DNA of 32,488 nucleotides. Origin: an uncultured Candidatus Bathyarchaeia archaeon (lineage in GTDB: Archaea > Thermoproteota > Bathyarchaeia > TCS64). The stretch covers positions 1 through 32,488 of the forward strand of contig CAZWKG010000002.1 in the NCBI GenBank assembly GCA_964634705.1, in the 5' to 3' direction. Made by a program: the position numbers and the translations under genes. How positions within the stretch are numbered: the stretch's first letter is position 1; every line of letters begins with the position of its first letter. Positions 24,465 through 32,302 of the stretch are shown here, one piece after another. The notes beneath the pieces are model-generated. The model made no database searches and was not told the DNA's origin. It worked only from the letters and a program-made list of their open reading frames with translations.

Positions 24465-24528
24465 ATGCTCTATCCCCTATCTAATCTATCTTCTCCACAG
24501 TTATTATAAGCAAATTTTAGTGTGATAG

Positions 24529-25224
24529 CTAATGTTGTATTGCGTATTCTAGAGCCTTCTCCGCGTGAAGGGTTGCTGTATCGAAGAGTTTCACCGAGGT
24601 GTGCTCCGGAGTCACTAGTAGCGGTATTTCAGTGCAGCCCAGTACCATGCCCTGCGCCCCTCTTCGCATCAACCCCTCTATGATTTCGAGAAACCTGTGT
24701 CTTGATTCGGGGCGGAGTATGCCCCTTGAAAGCTCTTCGAAGACGACCTTGTTTATGTAATCCCTGTCCACCTTTTCTGGTACTATGACTTTGATCCCAT
24801 GCCTCTCCAGCCCCTCTCTGTAGAAGGGCTTCTCCATGGTGAATCTCGTTCCCAGCAGGCCTACCGTATTCACGCCCTCCCTTTCAATGGCTTCGGCGGT
24901 CGTTTCGATAATACTGATTAGAGGGATGGGCGACTGTTCCCGTAGCTCATCGAAGACGATGTGCATGGTGTTCGTGGCGATGATGGCGAAGTCCGCCCCT
25001 GCAGCGCTGAGGCTTTCCAGGCAGCTGAGAAGCGCCTCCTCTACGCTTCCCCAATCTTCACCGTCCATCCAGTCCTCGAATTTCTGGAAACTCACGCTGT
25101 AGATGATTATCTCCGGGTAGCTGTGGTTCCCGAACAGCTCTTGATACCTCCTGACGATGTGTTGATAGTAGGTGACCGTGGATTCCGGGGTTAAGCCTCC
25201 AAGGATACCGATTTTCTTATGCAC
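24529..25224 (-). CDS. Asp/Glu/hydantoin racemase-family protein (Thr/Cys variant)
   Basis: 231 aa with a GTG start. It has KKIGILGGLTPEST, IIATNTMH (Thr84 where aspartate racemases have the first catalytic Cys) and LGCTEIPLL (Cys197). Confidence 0.82.
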   Translation of the reverse strand: MHKKIGILGGLTPESTVTYYQHIVRRYQELFGNHSYPEIIIYSVSFQKFEDWMDGEDWGSVEEALLSCLESLSAAGADFAIIATNTMHIVFDELREQSPIPLISIIETTAEAIEREGVNTVGLLGTRFTMEKPFYREGLERHGIKVIVPEKVDRDYINKVVFEELSRGILRPESRHRFLEIIEGLMRRGAQGMVLGCTEIPLLVTPEHTSVKLFDTATLHAEKALEYAIQH

Positions 25225-25305
25225 CGTATGTTCGCCTCATATAAATCGACGTGATCGGAGATTAGATTGCACTCTTGTTCAATAATAATTTTGTGCATAT
25301 GCAAC

Positions 25306-25317
25306 TTTTATATAAAG
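25306..25317 (+). promoter_or_regulatory. TATA-box candidate for the SQR-like gene
   Basis: TTTTATATAAAG lies 20-30 nt upstream of GTG 25337 / ATG 25343. This is the geometry of a leaderless archaeal transcript. Confidence 0.45.
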
Positions 25318-25336
25318 TATACCCGACCATTACTCG

Positions 25337-26542
25337 GTGAGAATGAACGCGAAGAAGATTTTGATATTGGGAGCAGGCGCTGCAGGCTCCATCGTTGCTA
25401 ACAAGATAGCCAGGGAGCTTCGGAGGGATATAGCCGAGGGGAAGCTGGAGGTTACGGTGCTGGACAAGGACGACCTGAATACGAACCAGGGTGGGTTCAC
25501 CTTCATCCCCTTCGGCCTCTACGCCCCTGAAGACATAACGAGGCCGAGGAGCAAGCTCATCAGCCCCAGGGTCAAGAACGCGTTCGGTGCAGACGGCGAG
25601 GTGAGCCACGTAGACCTCGGGGATCGGGAGGTGACAACCAAAAGCGGGAGGAACTACTCTTACGATTACCTCCTCATCTCCACTGGTTGTAGACTCGAGC
25701 CGGAGGCAGTCTCAGGCCTATCTGGAGACCTAAACACTTTCTATACGCTGGAGGGAGCCATGAAGCTTAGAGAGGCCATTAAGACATTCAACGAAGGGCG
25801 TATCGTCGTACTGACACCGGAGATGCCCATCGCCTGTCCAGGAGCTCCAAGCAAGTTCACCATCCTCCTCGACGACTACCTTAGGCATGTGAGAGGCGAG
25901 GATGTCCGGGAGGATGTGGAAATCTCCTTCCTCTGGCCTATAGGCAACATTGGCCCAGCCGTGTACAACGAGAAGATAGTGGAAGGCTTCGCCGAGAGGG
26001 AAATCGAGTACAGGAAGGAGTTCAAGGTTCAGGAGGTGGACTCCGACGAGAAGGAGGTCGTCTCAGACGACGGAGACAGGGTCGGATACGATCTCCTGGT
26101 CTCGATACCCCCTCACAGGGGGATAAAGGCCCTTCAGGAGTCTGGTATCACGGACGAGAACGGGTGGGTGCCCACGGACATCCATACGCTGCAGTACTCC
26201 AAGTCGCCGTCTGAGCGCTACGACGAGGTCTACGCCGTGGGAGACGCTGGCTCGGCCAAGATCAACAAGATGGGCATCACAGCCCACTTCCAGGCGCTGA
26301 CGACGGGCCAGAATCTGATAAACGACTATCTCGGAAACGGGGTCAGGGTGATATACAACGGGGAGCAGGGGTGCCCCATCGTGGAATCCTCGTACACCCC
26401 TGCTACGGATGGGAGGGCGTACATGGTGACCTGGACCTACGGGAATCCGCCAGCCCCCTTCAACTCGACCAAGCTGGGCTGGCTCATCTACAGGATGTAC
26501 TACTACATCTACTGGGATACCACGATGAAGGCCATCATGTAG
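25337..26542 (+). CDS. FAD-dependent pyridine nucleotide-disulfide oxidoreductase, sulfide:quinone oxidoreductase-like
   Basis: 401 aa. It has KILILGAGAAGSIVANKIA (FAD Rossmann motif), IACPGAPSKF, YAVGDAG and EQGCPIVES. The Cys positions resemble SQR redox cysteines. The start may be ATG 25343. Confidence 0.72.
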   Translation: MRMNAKKILILGAGAAGSIVANKIARELRRDIAEGKLEVTVLDKDDLNTNQGGFTFIPFGLYAPEDITRPRSKLISPRVKNAFGADGEVSHVDLGDREVTTKSGRNYSYDYLLISTGCRLEPEAVSGLSGDLNTFYTLEGAMKLREAIKTFNEGRIVVLTPEMPIACPGAPSKFTILLDDYLRHVRGEDVREDVEISFLWPIGNIGPAVYNEKIVEGFAEREIEYRKEFKVQEVDSDEKEVVSDDGDRVGYDLLVSIPPHRGIKALQESGITDENGWVPTDIHTLQYSKSPSERYDEVYAVGDAGSAKINKMGITAHFQALTTGQNLINDYLGNGVRVIYNGEQGCPIVESSYTPATDGRAYMVTWTYGNPPAPFNSTKLGWLIYRMYYYIYWDTTMKAIM

Positions 26543-26926
26543 GTGAAGGAGATGTCGAAAATGGAAGCTAATAGGAGTAACCCCGAGGCGACGACAATAA
26601 ACTTGGAGCCCCAGACCGTGGAGTCGCTGGTGGACCTCGTAGACTCCGTCGAGTTCCTGAGGAGCTTCTTCAACGACCAGGTGGTCCGCGACGTTTCGTG
26701 TATCGGGTCGTCCGTGCTGAAGCTGGTCAACGCCGTCTCCAACACGGATCTGGTCGACATCTTGGAGAGAGGCCTCCAGGACCCCCAGCTGGACAGGGCC
26801 CTCATCGATCCCCCGAAGATAGGCTTCTGGGGGCTCCTATCCGCTCTAAGGAACGAAGACATGCGGAAGGGGATGGGCATCGTCATCGAACTCTTAAAAG
26901 CCATTGGCAGAGCATCCGGCCAATAA
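26543..26926 (+). CDS. DUF1641 protein
   Basis: 127 aa. ..LVDLVDSVEFLRSFFNDQVVRDV..KLVNAVSNTDLVDILERGLQDP..GFWGLLSALRNEDMRKGMGIVIELLKAIG is typical DUF1641, a family usually found next to such flavoproteins. The start may be ATG 26552, preceded by AGGTGA. Confidence 0.7.
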   Translation: MKEMSKMEANRSNPEATTINLEPQTVESLVDLVDSVEFLRSFFNDQVVRDVSCIGSSVLKLVNAVSNTDLVDILERGLQDPQLDRALIDPPKIGFWGLLSALRNEDMRKGMGIVIELLKAIGRASGQ

Positions 26927-27160
26927 CAAGATCATCATGGATCTCAAAAAACTCGAATATCCCCTTTTTCACCGGTTCCCATAGATAGTCCGCGCACAAA
27001 ACGTATGGCGGCCCTTATGGTTTGGAATGTGAAGGCATTCGGCCAGTCACAGAGTCTGGGAGATAGCATATGGTTAGATCCTTCGCCAAAAGGTTTTAGC
27101 GCGTCGTCTTTATCTTGGTTTTCGAGAGGTTGACATGAACTGGACATCGAATTAATCAAA

Positions 27161-27889
27161 GTGGGGTTTACGGCTAGTCTCATCGCCGGTCTTGCCACCG
27201 GCGCTGGAGCCTTACCTGTCTTGTTTTTCGCTCGGATCTCAGATAGGATCCTCGACGTGATGCTCGGCTTCGCCGCGGGCGTCATGCTCGCTGCCTCCTC
27301 CTTCAGCCTCCTGGTCCCCGCCATTGAACTGGGTGGGGTTTGGGCTGCCATCGTAAGCCTCGGAATCGGTGGTTTGGCTCTCCATCTGATTGACCGTTTT
27401 ATCCCGCACAGGCATCTTATTTCAGGCTCCGAAGGGCCGTCATCAAGATTGGCACGCATATGGCTTTTCGTCACAGCCATAACCATCCACAATTTTCCTG
27501 AGGGCGTGGCTGTAGGGGTGAGCTTCGGCGGCGGGAACATCGCAAGAGGCCTCATTGTAGCTACGGCAATCGGGCTGCAGAACATGCCGGAGGGCCTGGC
27601 GGTCGCCTTTCCCTTGCTACGAGAGGGTTATAGTCGGAGCAGGGCCTTGTGGTACGCGACGCTCACGGGCTTAGTAGAACCTATAGGTGGTTTCCTTGGA
27701 ATCACTTTGGTCTCACTGTCCCGATCTATTCTGCCTTGGGGCCTTGCTTTCGCAGCCGGTGCCATGATATTTGTTGTGAGCGATGAGATGATTCCAGAGA
27801 GTCATAGAAAGGGATTTGAACGCGAAGCTACGTTCGGTTTGATGATCGGCTTCATAATTATGATGCTCCTAGATAATTTAATTGCTTAA
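27161..27889 (+). CDS. ZIP-family divalent metal permease (GufA/ZupT-like), second copy
   Basis: 242 aa with a GTG start. It has ITIHNFPEGVAVGVSF and GLQNMPEGLAVAFPL. Confidence 0.85.
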   Translation: MGFTASLIAGLATGAGALPVLFFARISDRILDVMLGFAAGVMLAASSFSLLVPAIELGGVWAAIVSLGIGGLALHLIDRFIPHRHLISGSEGPSSRLARIWLFVTAITIHNFPEGVAVGVSFGGGNIARGLIVATAIGLQNMPEGLAVAFPLLREGYSRSRALWYATLTGLVEPIGGFLGITLVSLSRSILPWGLAFAAGAMIFVVSDEMIPESHRKGFEREATFGLMIGFIIMMLLDNLIA

Positions 27890-27955
27890 CGGGATAAATA
27901 TCATAATGTTCTATGTAAAGGTGAAACATATCCGGTACGTAGTGAAATAAGGAAT

Positions 27956-27979
27956 TCTTTTGTTGCTGTTTATTTTTAC
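27956..27979 (+). terminator. T-rich terminator candidate after the second ZIP gene
   Basis: TTCTTTTGTTGCTGTTTATTTTTA lies about 65 nt after the stop codon in an AT-rich spacer. Confidence 0.35.
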
Positions 27980-28149
27980 AAAAAATGTGAACAGATCTAT
28001 TAGAGACTCTTTAGCAGATGAGCTGATATGTACACTCGTGGCTAAACCAGTTCTCGCCGACTTTTCATCACCACACGCATTTGATTTTTAGAATATCTAA
28101 GATAGATGAGGCGGATGGCTTGAAAGCGACATGTAATTCGATCTTTTGG

Positions 28150-28160
28150 AAATTTTTATT
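28150..28160 (+). promoter_or_regulatory. TATA-box candidate for the CGGC-cdhA-hydrogenase unit
   Basis: AAATTTTTATT lies 30-40 nt upstream of ATG 28190. The predicted TSS is near 28180-28185, giving a near-leaderless transcript. Confidence 0.45.
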
Positions 28161-28174
28161 AGTCTAGACTAATA
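28157..28174. promoter_or_regulatory. 18-bp perfect palindrome TATTAGTCTAGACTAATA (candidate operator)
   Basis: I verified base by base that the sequence is self-complementary. Its left arm overlaps the TATA candidate, and the whole element lies between TATA and the predicted TSS. Confidence 0.55.
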
Positions 28175-28189
28175 TTATCTTTGATTCGA

Positions 28190-28681
28190 ATGGTCAAAGT
28201 AGGCATAATGATATGCGACCGTAACAGGACGTGTACCGGCAACAAGTGCTTCATGTCCGTAGGTGAAAGAGATGGAGCCTTTGCCCAATATCCTAAGGAT
28301 GAGCCTATAGAAGTTGTTGGCTTCATAGCGTGTGGTGGCTGCCCCGGCGAAAGGCTGGAATTTAGCCCAGCGGACATGAAGAAGTACGGCGCCGAGGTGA
28401 TCCATCTAGCGACGTGCTTCTTGGCTGGGTATCCTGCATGCCCCTACATCGGGGACTTTATCCAGTACATCGAGAAGGTTGTGGGACTACCTGTAGTGAT
28501 TGGCACCCACCCAATGCCCCAGAACTACATCGACGCCCATGAAAAAGCAGGGGATTGGGAGAGGGACGATGTCCGGAAATATCTAAAGGGCCTTGTTGAG
28601 GACAGGGAAGCCTCTCAGAAATACGACTCGACTAGGCTCGACTTCCTGAGAAAAGTTCCGAGCCTAGGTTACGCAGATTAG
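28190..28681 (+). CDS. CGGC-domain cysteine-rich protein
   Basis: The ORF track starts at TTG 28181; I prefer ATG 28190 (MVKVGIMICDRNRTCTGNKCF). It has the central IACGGCPGERL motif and a later LATCFLAGYPACPY. Confidence 0.72.
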   Translation: MVKVGIMICDRNRTCTGNKCFMSVGERDGAFAQYPKDEPIEVVGFIACGGCPGERLEFSPADMKKYGAEVIHLATCFLAGYPACPYIGDFIQYIEKVVGLPVVIGTHPMPQNYIDAHEKAGDWERDDVRKYLKGLVEDREASQKYDSTRLDFLRKVPSLGYAD

Positions 28682-28687
28682 GTTGGT

Positions 28688-31036
28688 GTGAGGTTGTCTA
28701 AAAGGGATCTTAAGCTTAAGATTGATGAAGTCTCATCAGCCCTGGGCACATTCAAAGGGCTGCAGATCGAGATAGGGAGGATATACGAAGAGGAATGGGA
28801 GGAGCCACTAGGTCAAACTCCATTCCCCAGCGTTGGCACTTTTCGTGAATGGGACAGAAAACTACTTGAACGGTACAAGCCCTTCTACATGCCATTCTGC
28901 GACCTCTGCTGTCTCTGCACATTTGGGAAATGCGATCTGACAGGAGACAAACGAGGGGCCTGCGGCATTACCATGGCGGGCCAGCAGTCGAGAATCGTGC
29001 TCCTTGCCTGCTGTATAGGTGCCAGCACCCACACAGCCCACGCGAGGCACATGCTCAACCACCTAATCGAGGAGTACGGAAGGGACGCCCCGCTGGAGGT
29101 AGCCATCAACACAAACGTTGAAGCCCCTCACATACGTCTCGTATGCGGTATTCGACCGAAGACGTTGAGGGATCTAGAGGATGTGCTGGATTATGTTGAG
29201 ACCCAGCTGGTGCAGCTCGTTGCCGCCGCCCACACCGGCCAGGAGGGAGATAATATCGACTTCGAGTCCAAGGCGTTCCACGCAGGCATGCTCGACCATG
29301 TAGCCATGGAGGTAGCTGATATTGAGCAGATAGCGACGCTTGGTATGCCTAAGGGCGTTGCGGACACGCCGATGACCGATATAGGCTTCGGTTCCATAGA
29401 TACCAGCAAGGCCGTTATTATGTGCATAGGACACAACGTTCTCCCGAGTGTCGACATTATCGACTACCTAATGGAACACGACCTCTTCGGCGAAGTCGAG
29501 GTTGGAGGGCTTTGCTGCACAGCCCACGATAACAGCCGTTACAACAAGCGGGCGAAGATAATCGGCCCCATATCCTGGCAACTTAGATTCATCCGTTCAG
29601 GTATCCCAGATCTGGTCGTCGTCGACGAGCAGTGTCTTAGAACAGACATTCTCGAAGAGGCGAAGAAAATTGGAGCTCCTGTCATCGCAACAAGCGAGAA
29701 GAGCATGCTAGGCCTCCCGAATAGGACCAAAGATGACCCTGACAGCATCGTAGACGACCTCGTGGCAAGTAAGGTTCCAGGCGTTCTTATAATAAACCCA
29801 AGGAAGGTAGGAGAGGTCGCAGTTAAAACCGTGATGAAAGTCCATCATAATAGGAAGGGCTTCACACCCTTAACCTTTGAAACAATCTCGGAGCTCGCTA
29901 AGAATTGCAGGAGCTGCATGGAATGCGTCCGAGCCTGCCCCAATAACCTTCCAGTCATGAATGCCGTAAAGGCTGCAGAGACCGGTGATTTTGAGCTGCT
30001 TGGCGCCCTCTACCCGCTTTGCGTGGGGTGCGGCCGCTGCGAGAGCGCCTGCCCCGTTGGATTTCCTCTCATCTCCTTCTTCAATAAAGGCGCAGAAGAG
30101 CGCATACATGACGAGAAGTTTTCCATTAGAGTGGGCCGCGGCGCGGTCACAGATATTGAGATCAGAGAGGTTGGAAGAGCGATAGTGTTTGGCGAGATCC
30201 CTGGCATCGTAGCGCTTGTTGGGTGCGCCAATTATCCAGCCGGGGGTTCTGATGTGGCTAAAATAGCTGAGGAGTTCCTTAAGCGTCGATTCATCGTGGT
30301 AGCTACAGGTTGCGCGGCCATGGACATTGCCATGATCAGAGACGAGGAGGGACTCAACCTCTACGAGAAGTATCCTGGAAACTTCGACGCAGGCGGATTA
30401 TTAAATATAGGAAGCTGCGTCTCGAACGCCCACATTACGGGCGCCGCCGTAAAGATCGCCAACATCTTCGCCAAGCGGCCGCTGAGGGCGAACTACGAGG
30501 AGATCGCAGACTACATCTACAACCGCGTGGGCGCCGTCGGCGTCGCCTGGGGCGCCATGTCCCAGAAGGCGGCCAGCATCGCGGCTGGCTGCTGGAGGCT
30601 CGGCATCCCAGTCGTCGTCGGCCCCCACGGAGCCAAGTACCGCAGGATGCTCCTCGGCAGGAAGGAGAAAGAGGAGGACTGGATGGTCTACGACGCGAGG
30701 TCGGGCGAGAAGGTGTACATTGGACCTGCGCCTGAGCACCTTTTCTACGCGGCTGAGACGGTAGAGGAAGCTATGGTCACTATCGCCAAGCTATCCATGC
30801 GTCCCAACGATACGAGTAAGGGGCGGGCCATCAAGCTGAGCCACTATATCGACCTCTGCCAGCGGTACTACGGGAGCCTGCCCGAGGACCTTCACCTCTA
30901 CGTGCGCAGGGATGCCGACATACCCTTCATTATGAAGGATGAGATCATGAAGGCCCTTGAGAAGATGGGATGGGCGGATGGGAAGATAGCTTCGCCAGAT
31001 CCCACCATGCTTGATAGGCTCGTCAGGAGGCGCTGA
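28688..31036 (+). CDS. cdhA: Ni-dependent CO dehydrogenase, CdhA type (ACDS alpha-subunit-like, with inserted 2x[4Fe-4S] domain)
   Basis: 782 aa with a GTG start. The N-terminal B/D-cluster motif is FCDLCCLCTFGKCDLTGDKRGACGI. C-cluster ligand contexts are all present: CIGHNV (His), GGLCCTAHD, VDEQCL, VGCANYP, ATGCAA and IGSCVSNAH. The ferredoxin insert has CRSCMECVRACP and CVGCGRCESACP. Confidence 0.9.
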   Translation: MRLSKRDLKLKIDEVSSALGTFKGLQIEIGRIYEEEWEEPLGQTPFPSVGTFREWDRKLLERYKPFYMPFCDLCCLCTFGKCDLTGDKRGACGITMAGQQSRIVLLACCIGASTHTAHARHMLNHLIEEYGRDAPLEVAINTNVEAPHIRLVCGIRPKTLRDLEDVLDYVETQLVQLVAAAHTGQEGDNIDFESKAFHAGMLDHVAMEVADIEQIATLGMPKGVADTPMTDIGFGSIDTSKAVIMCIGHNVLPSVDIIDYLMEHDLFGEVEVGGLCCTAHDNSRYNKRAKIIGPISWQLRFIRSGIPDLVVVDEQCLRTDILEEAKKIGAPVIATSEKSMLGLPNRTKDDPDSIVDDLVASKVPGVLIINPRKVGEVAVKTVMKVHHNRKGFTPLTFETISELAKNCRSCMECVRACPNNLPVMNAVKAAETGDFELLGALYPLCVGCGRCESACPVGFPLISFFNKGAEERIHDEKFSIRVGRGAVTDIEIREVGRAIVFGEIPGIVALVGCANYPAGGSDVAKIAEEFLKRRFIVVATGCAAMDIAMIRDEEGLNLYEKYPGNFDAGGLLNIGSCVSNAHITGAAVKIANIFAKRPLRANYEEIADYIYNRVGAVGVAWGAMSQKAASIAAGCWRLGIPVVVGPHGAKYRRMLLGRKEKEEDWMVYDARSGEKVYIGPAPEHLFYAAETVEEAMVTIAKLSMRPNDTSKGRAIKLSHYIDLCQRYYGSLPEDLHLYVRRDADIPFIMKDEIMKALEKMGWADGKIASPDPTMLDRLVRRR

Positions 31037-31052
31037 TATCGGTGATAAATAG

Positions 31053-32252
31053 ATGAGTGAGAGAGAGTTCGTTATCCCGGTCGGACCGCAGCACCCGGCT
31101 CTGAAAGAGCCGGAAAACTTCACCTTCAAGGTCGAGGGCGAGTATGTCGTTGATGTAGAGCCTAGGATAGGCTACAACCACCGCGGCATAGAGAAGGCTA
31201 TGGAGAGCAGGACATATCTGCAGAACCTCTACCTCGTCGAGAGGATCTGCGGCATCTGCTCGAATTCCCATCAGACCTGCTACACGCAGAACGTGGAGGA
31301 GGTCCTGGGCATGGAGATACCTGAGCGCGCCAAGTTCATCCGGGTCCTCGTCGCCGAGCTGGAGCGCATCCACAGCCATCTCCTCTGGCTGGGCGTAGCT
31401 GCCCACGAGATCGGCTTCGACACCCTGTTCTACTACATCTGGCGGGATCGGGAGGTGGTCATGGACATGCTGGAGATGATCAGCGGCAACCGGGTCAACT
31501 ACGCCATCCCCACTATAGGCGGCGTCAGGAGGGACATCCCGTCGGACAAGATGCCTAATTACCAGAAGATGCTCGACATGCTGGAGGACCGAACACGGTT
31601 CTACAAGAACGTTGTCGCCAACGAGAAGACAGTCCTCAACAGGGTGGCTGGCGTAGGCGTCCTGTCCAAGGCGGACGCGATAAGGCTCAGCGCGGTGGGG
31701 CCGAACCTCAGGTGCTGCGGAGTCGCAAGCGACATCAGGCGCGATCATCCATACCTGGTCTATGACGAGATACCTTTCAACGTGATTTCGTACGAGGGTG
31801 GAGACCAGCTGGCTCAGATCCTAGTCAGGGTTGACGAGACCCTTGAGAGCATCAAGATCTGCAGATATTGCCTCAAACACCTGCCAGATGGCCCCATAAG
31901 GGTGAAGTTCCCGCCGATGGGTAAAGTCCCGGATGGTGAGGCCGTTAGCCTAGTCGAAGCTCCGAGGGGGGAACTCATTCACTACATCCAGTCAAGGGGC
32001 GCGGACAAGCCTTACAGGTACAAGATACGGTCCCCGACCCTGGGTAATATCTTATCACTGTGCGAGAGACTCAAGGGCGGGTACATTGCCGACATTCCCA
32101 TAGTCCTCGCTGGCATCGACCCCTGCTTCAGCTGTACAGACAGGATGACGTTCGTCGATGAGGAGAAAAACAAGCGATGGAACATAACAGGTGAGCATTT
32201 AAGGAAATACGGAATAGAATGGTACCAAGAGAATATTTTAGCATTAAAATGA
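31053..32252 (+). CDS. [NiFe] hydrogenase large subunit, group 4 (Mbh/Ech/Coo/Hyc-like, NuoD-related)
   Basis: 399 aa. It has GPQHPALKEP, the N-terminal Ni-ligand motif RICGICSNSH and the C-terminal motif DPCFSCTDR, followed by a 35-aa extension. GGTGA lies 8 nt upstream of the ATG, which sits 16 nt after the cdhA stop. Confidence 0.9.
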   Translation: MSEREFVIPVGPQHPALKEPENFTFKVEGEYVVDVEPRIGYNHRGIEKAMESRTYLQNLYLVERICGICSNSHQTCYTQNVEEVLGMEIPERAKFIRVLVAELERIHSHLLWLGVAAHEIGFDTLFYYIWRDREVVMDMLEMISGNRVNYAIPTIGGVRRDIPSDKMPNYQKMLDMLEDRTRFYKNVVANEKTVLNRVAGVGVLSKADAIRLSAVGPNLRCCGVASDIRRDHPYLVYDEIPFNVISYEGGDQLAQILVRVDETLESIKICRYCLKHLPDGPIRVKFPPMGKVPDGEAVSLVEAPRGELIHYIQSRGADKPYRYKIRSPTLGNILSLCERLKGGYIADIPIVLAGIDPCFSCTDRMTFVDEEKNKRWNITGEHLRKYGIEWYQENILALK

Positions 32253-32302
32253 AAGCGCGCGTGCTCTAATTGAAAGATTGATTTACCATGAGTTGTTGAA
32301 AG

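Noticed and set aside
25294-25303. 10-bp perfect palindrome TGCATATGCA just upstream of the SQR-like TATA box
   Set aside because: About 30 perfect 10-bp palindromes are expected by chance in 32 kb. The location is suggestive, but that is not enough to call an operator.
27005-27148. 47-codon + strand ORF (MAALMVWNVKAFGQSQSLGDSIWLDPSPKGF..) in the 234-nt spacer upstream of the second ZIP gene
   Set aside because: It has no Shine-Dalgarno motif or TATA at a sensible distance, no recognisable motif, and a Ser/Leu/Trp-rich composition. I could not find a convincing riboswitch-like structure in the spacer by eye either. It may deserve an Rfam scan, but it is not reportable as a feature.
26944-27585. 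213-aa minus-strand ORF spanning the spacer and the 5' part of the second ZIP gene
   Set aside because: The + strand encodes a polytopic ZIP protein with signature motifs. The minus ORF is a Pro/Ala/Met-rich shadow.
31023-31748. 241-aa minus-strand ORF opposite the hydrogenase large subunit (and 30401..30739 -, 30310..30735 + within cdhA)
   Set aside because: The sense frames carry the Ni-ligand and CODH cluster motifs. These ORFs are shadows.
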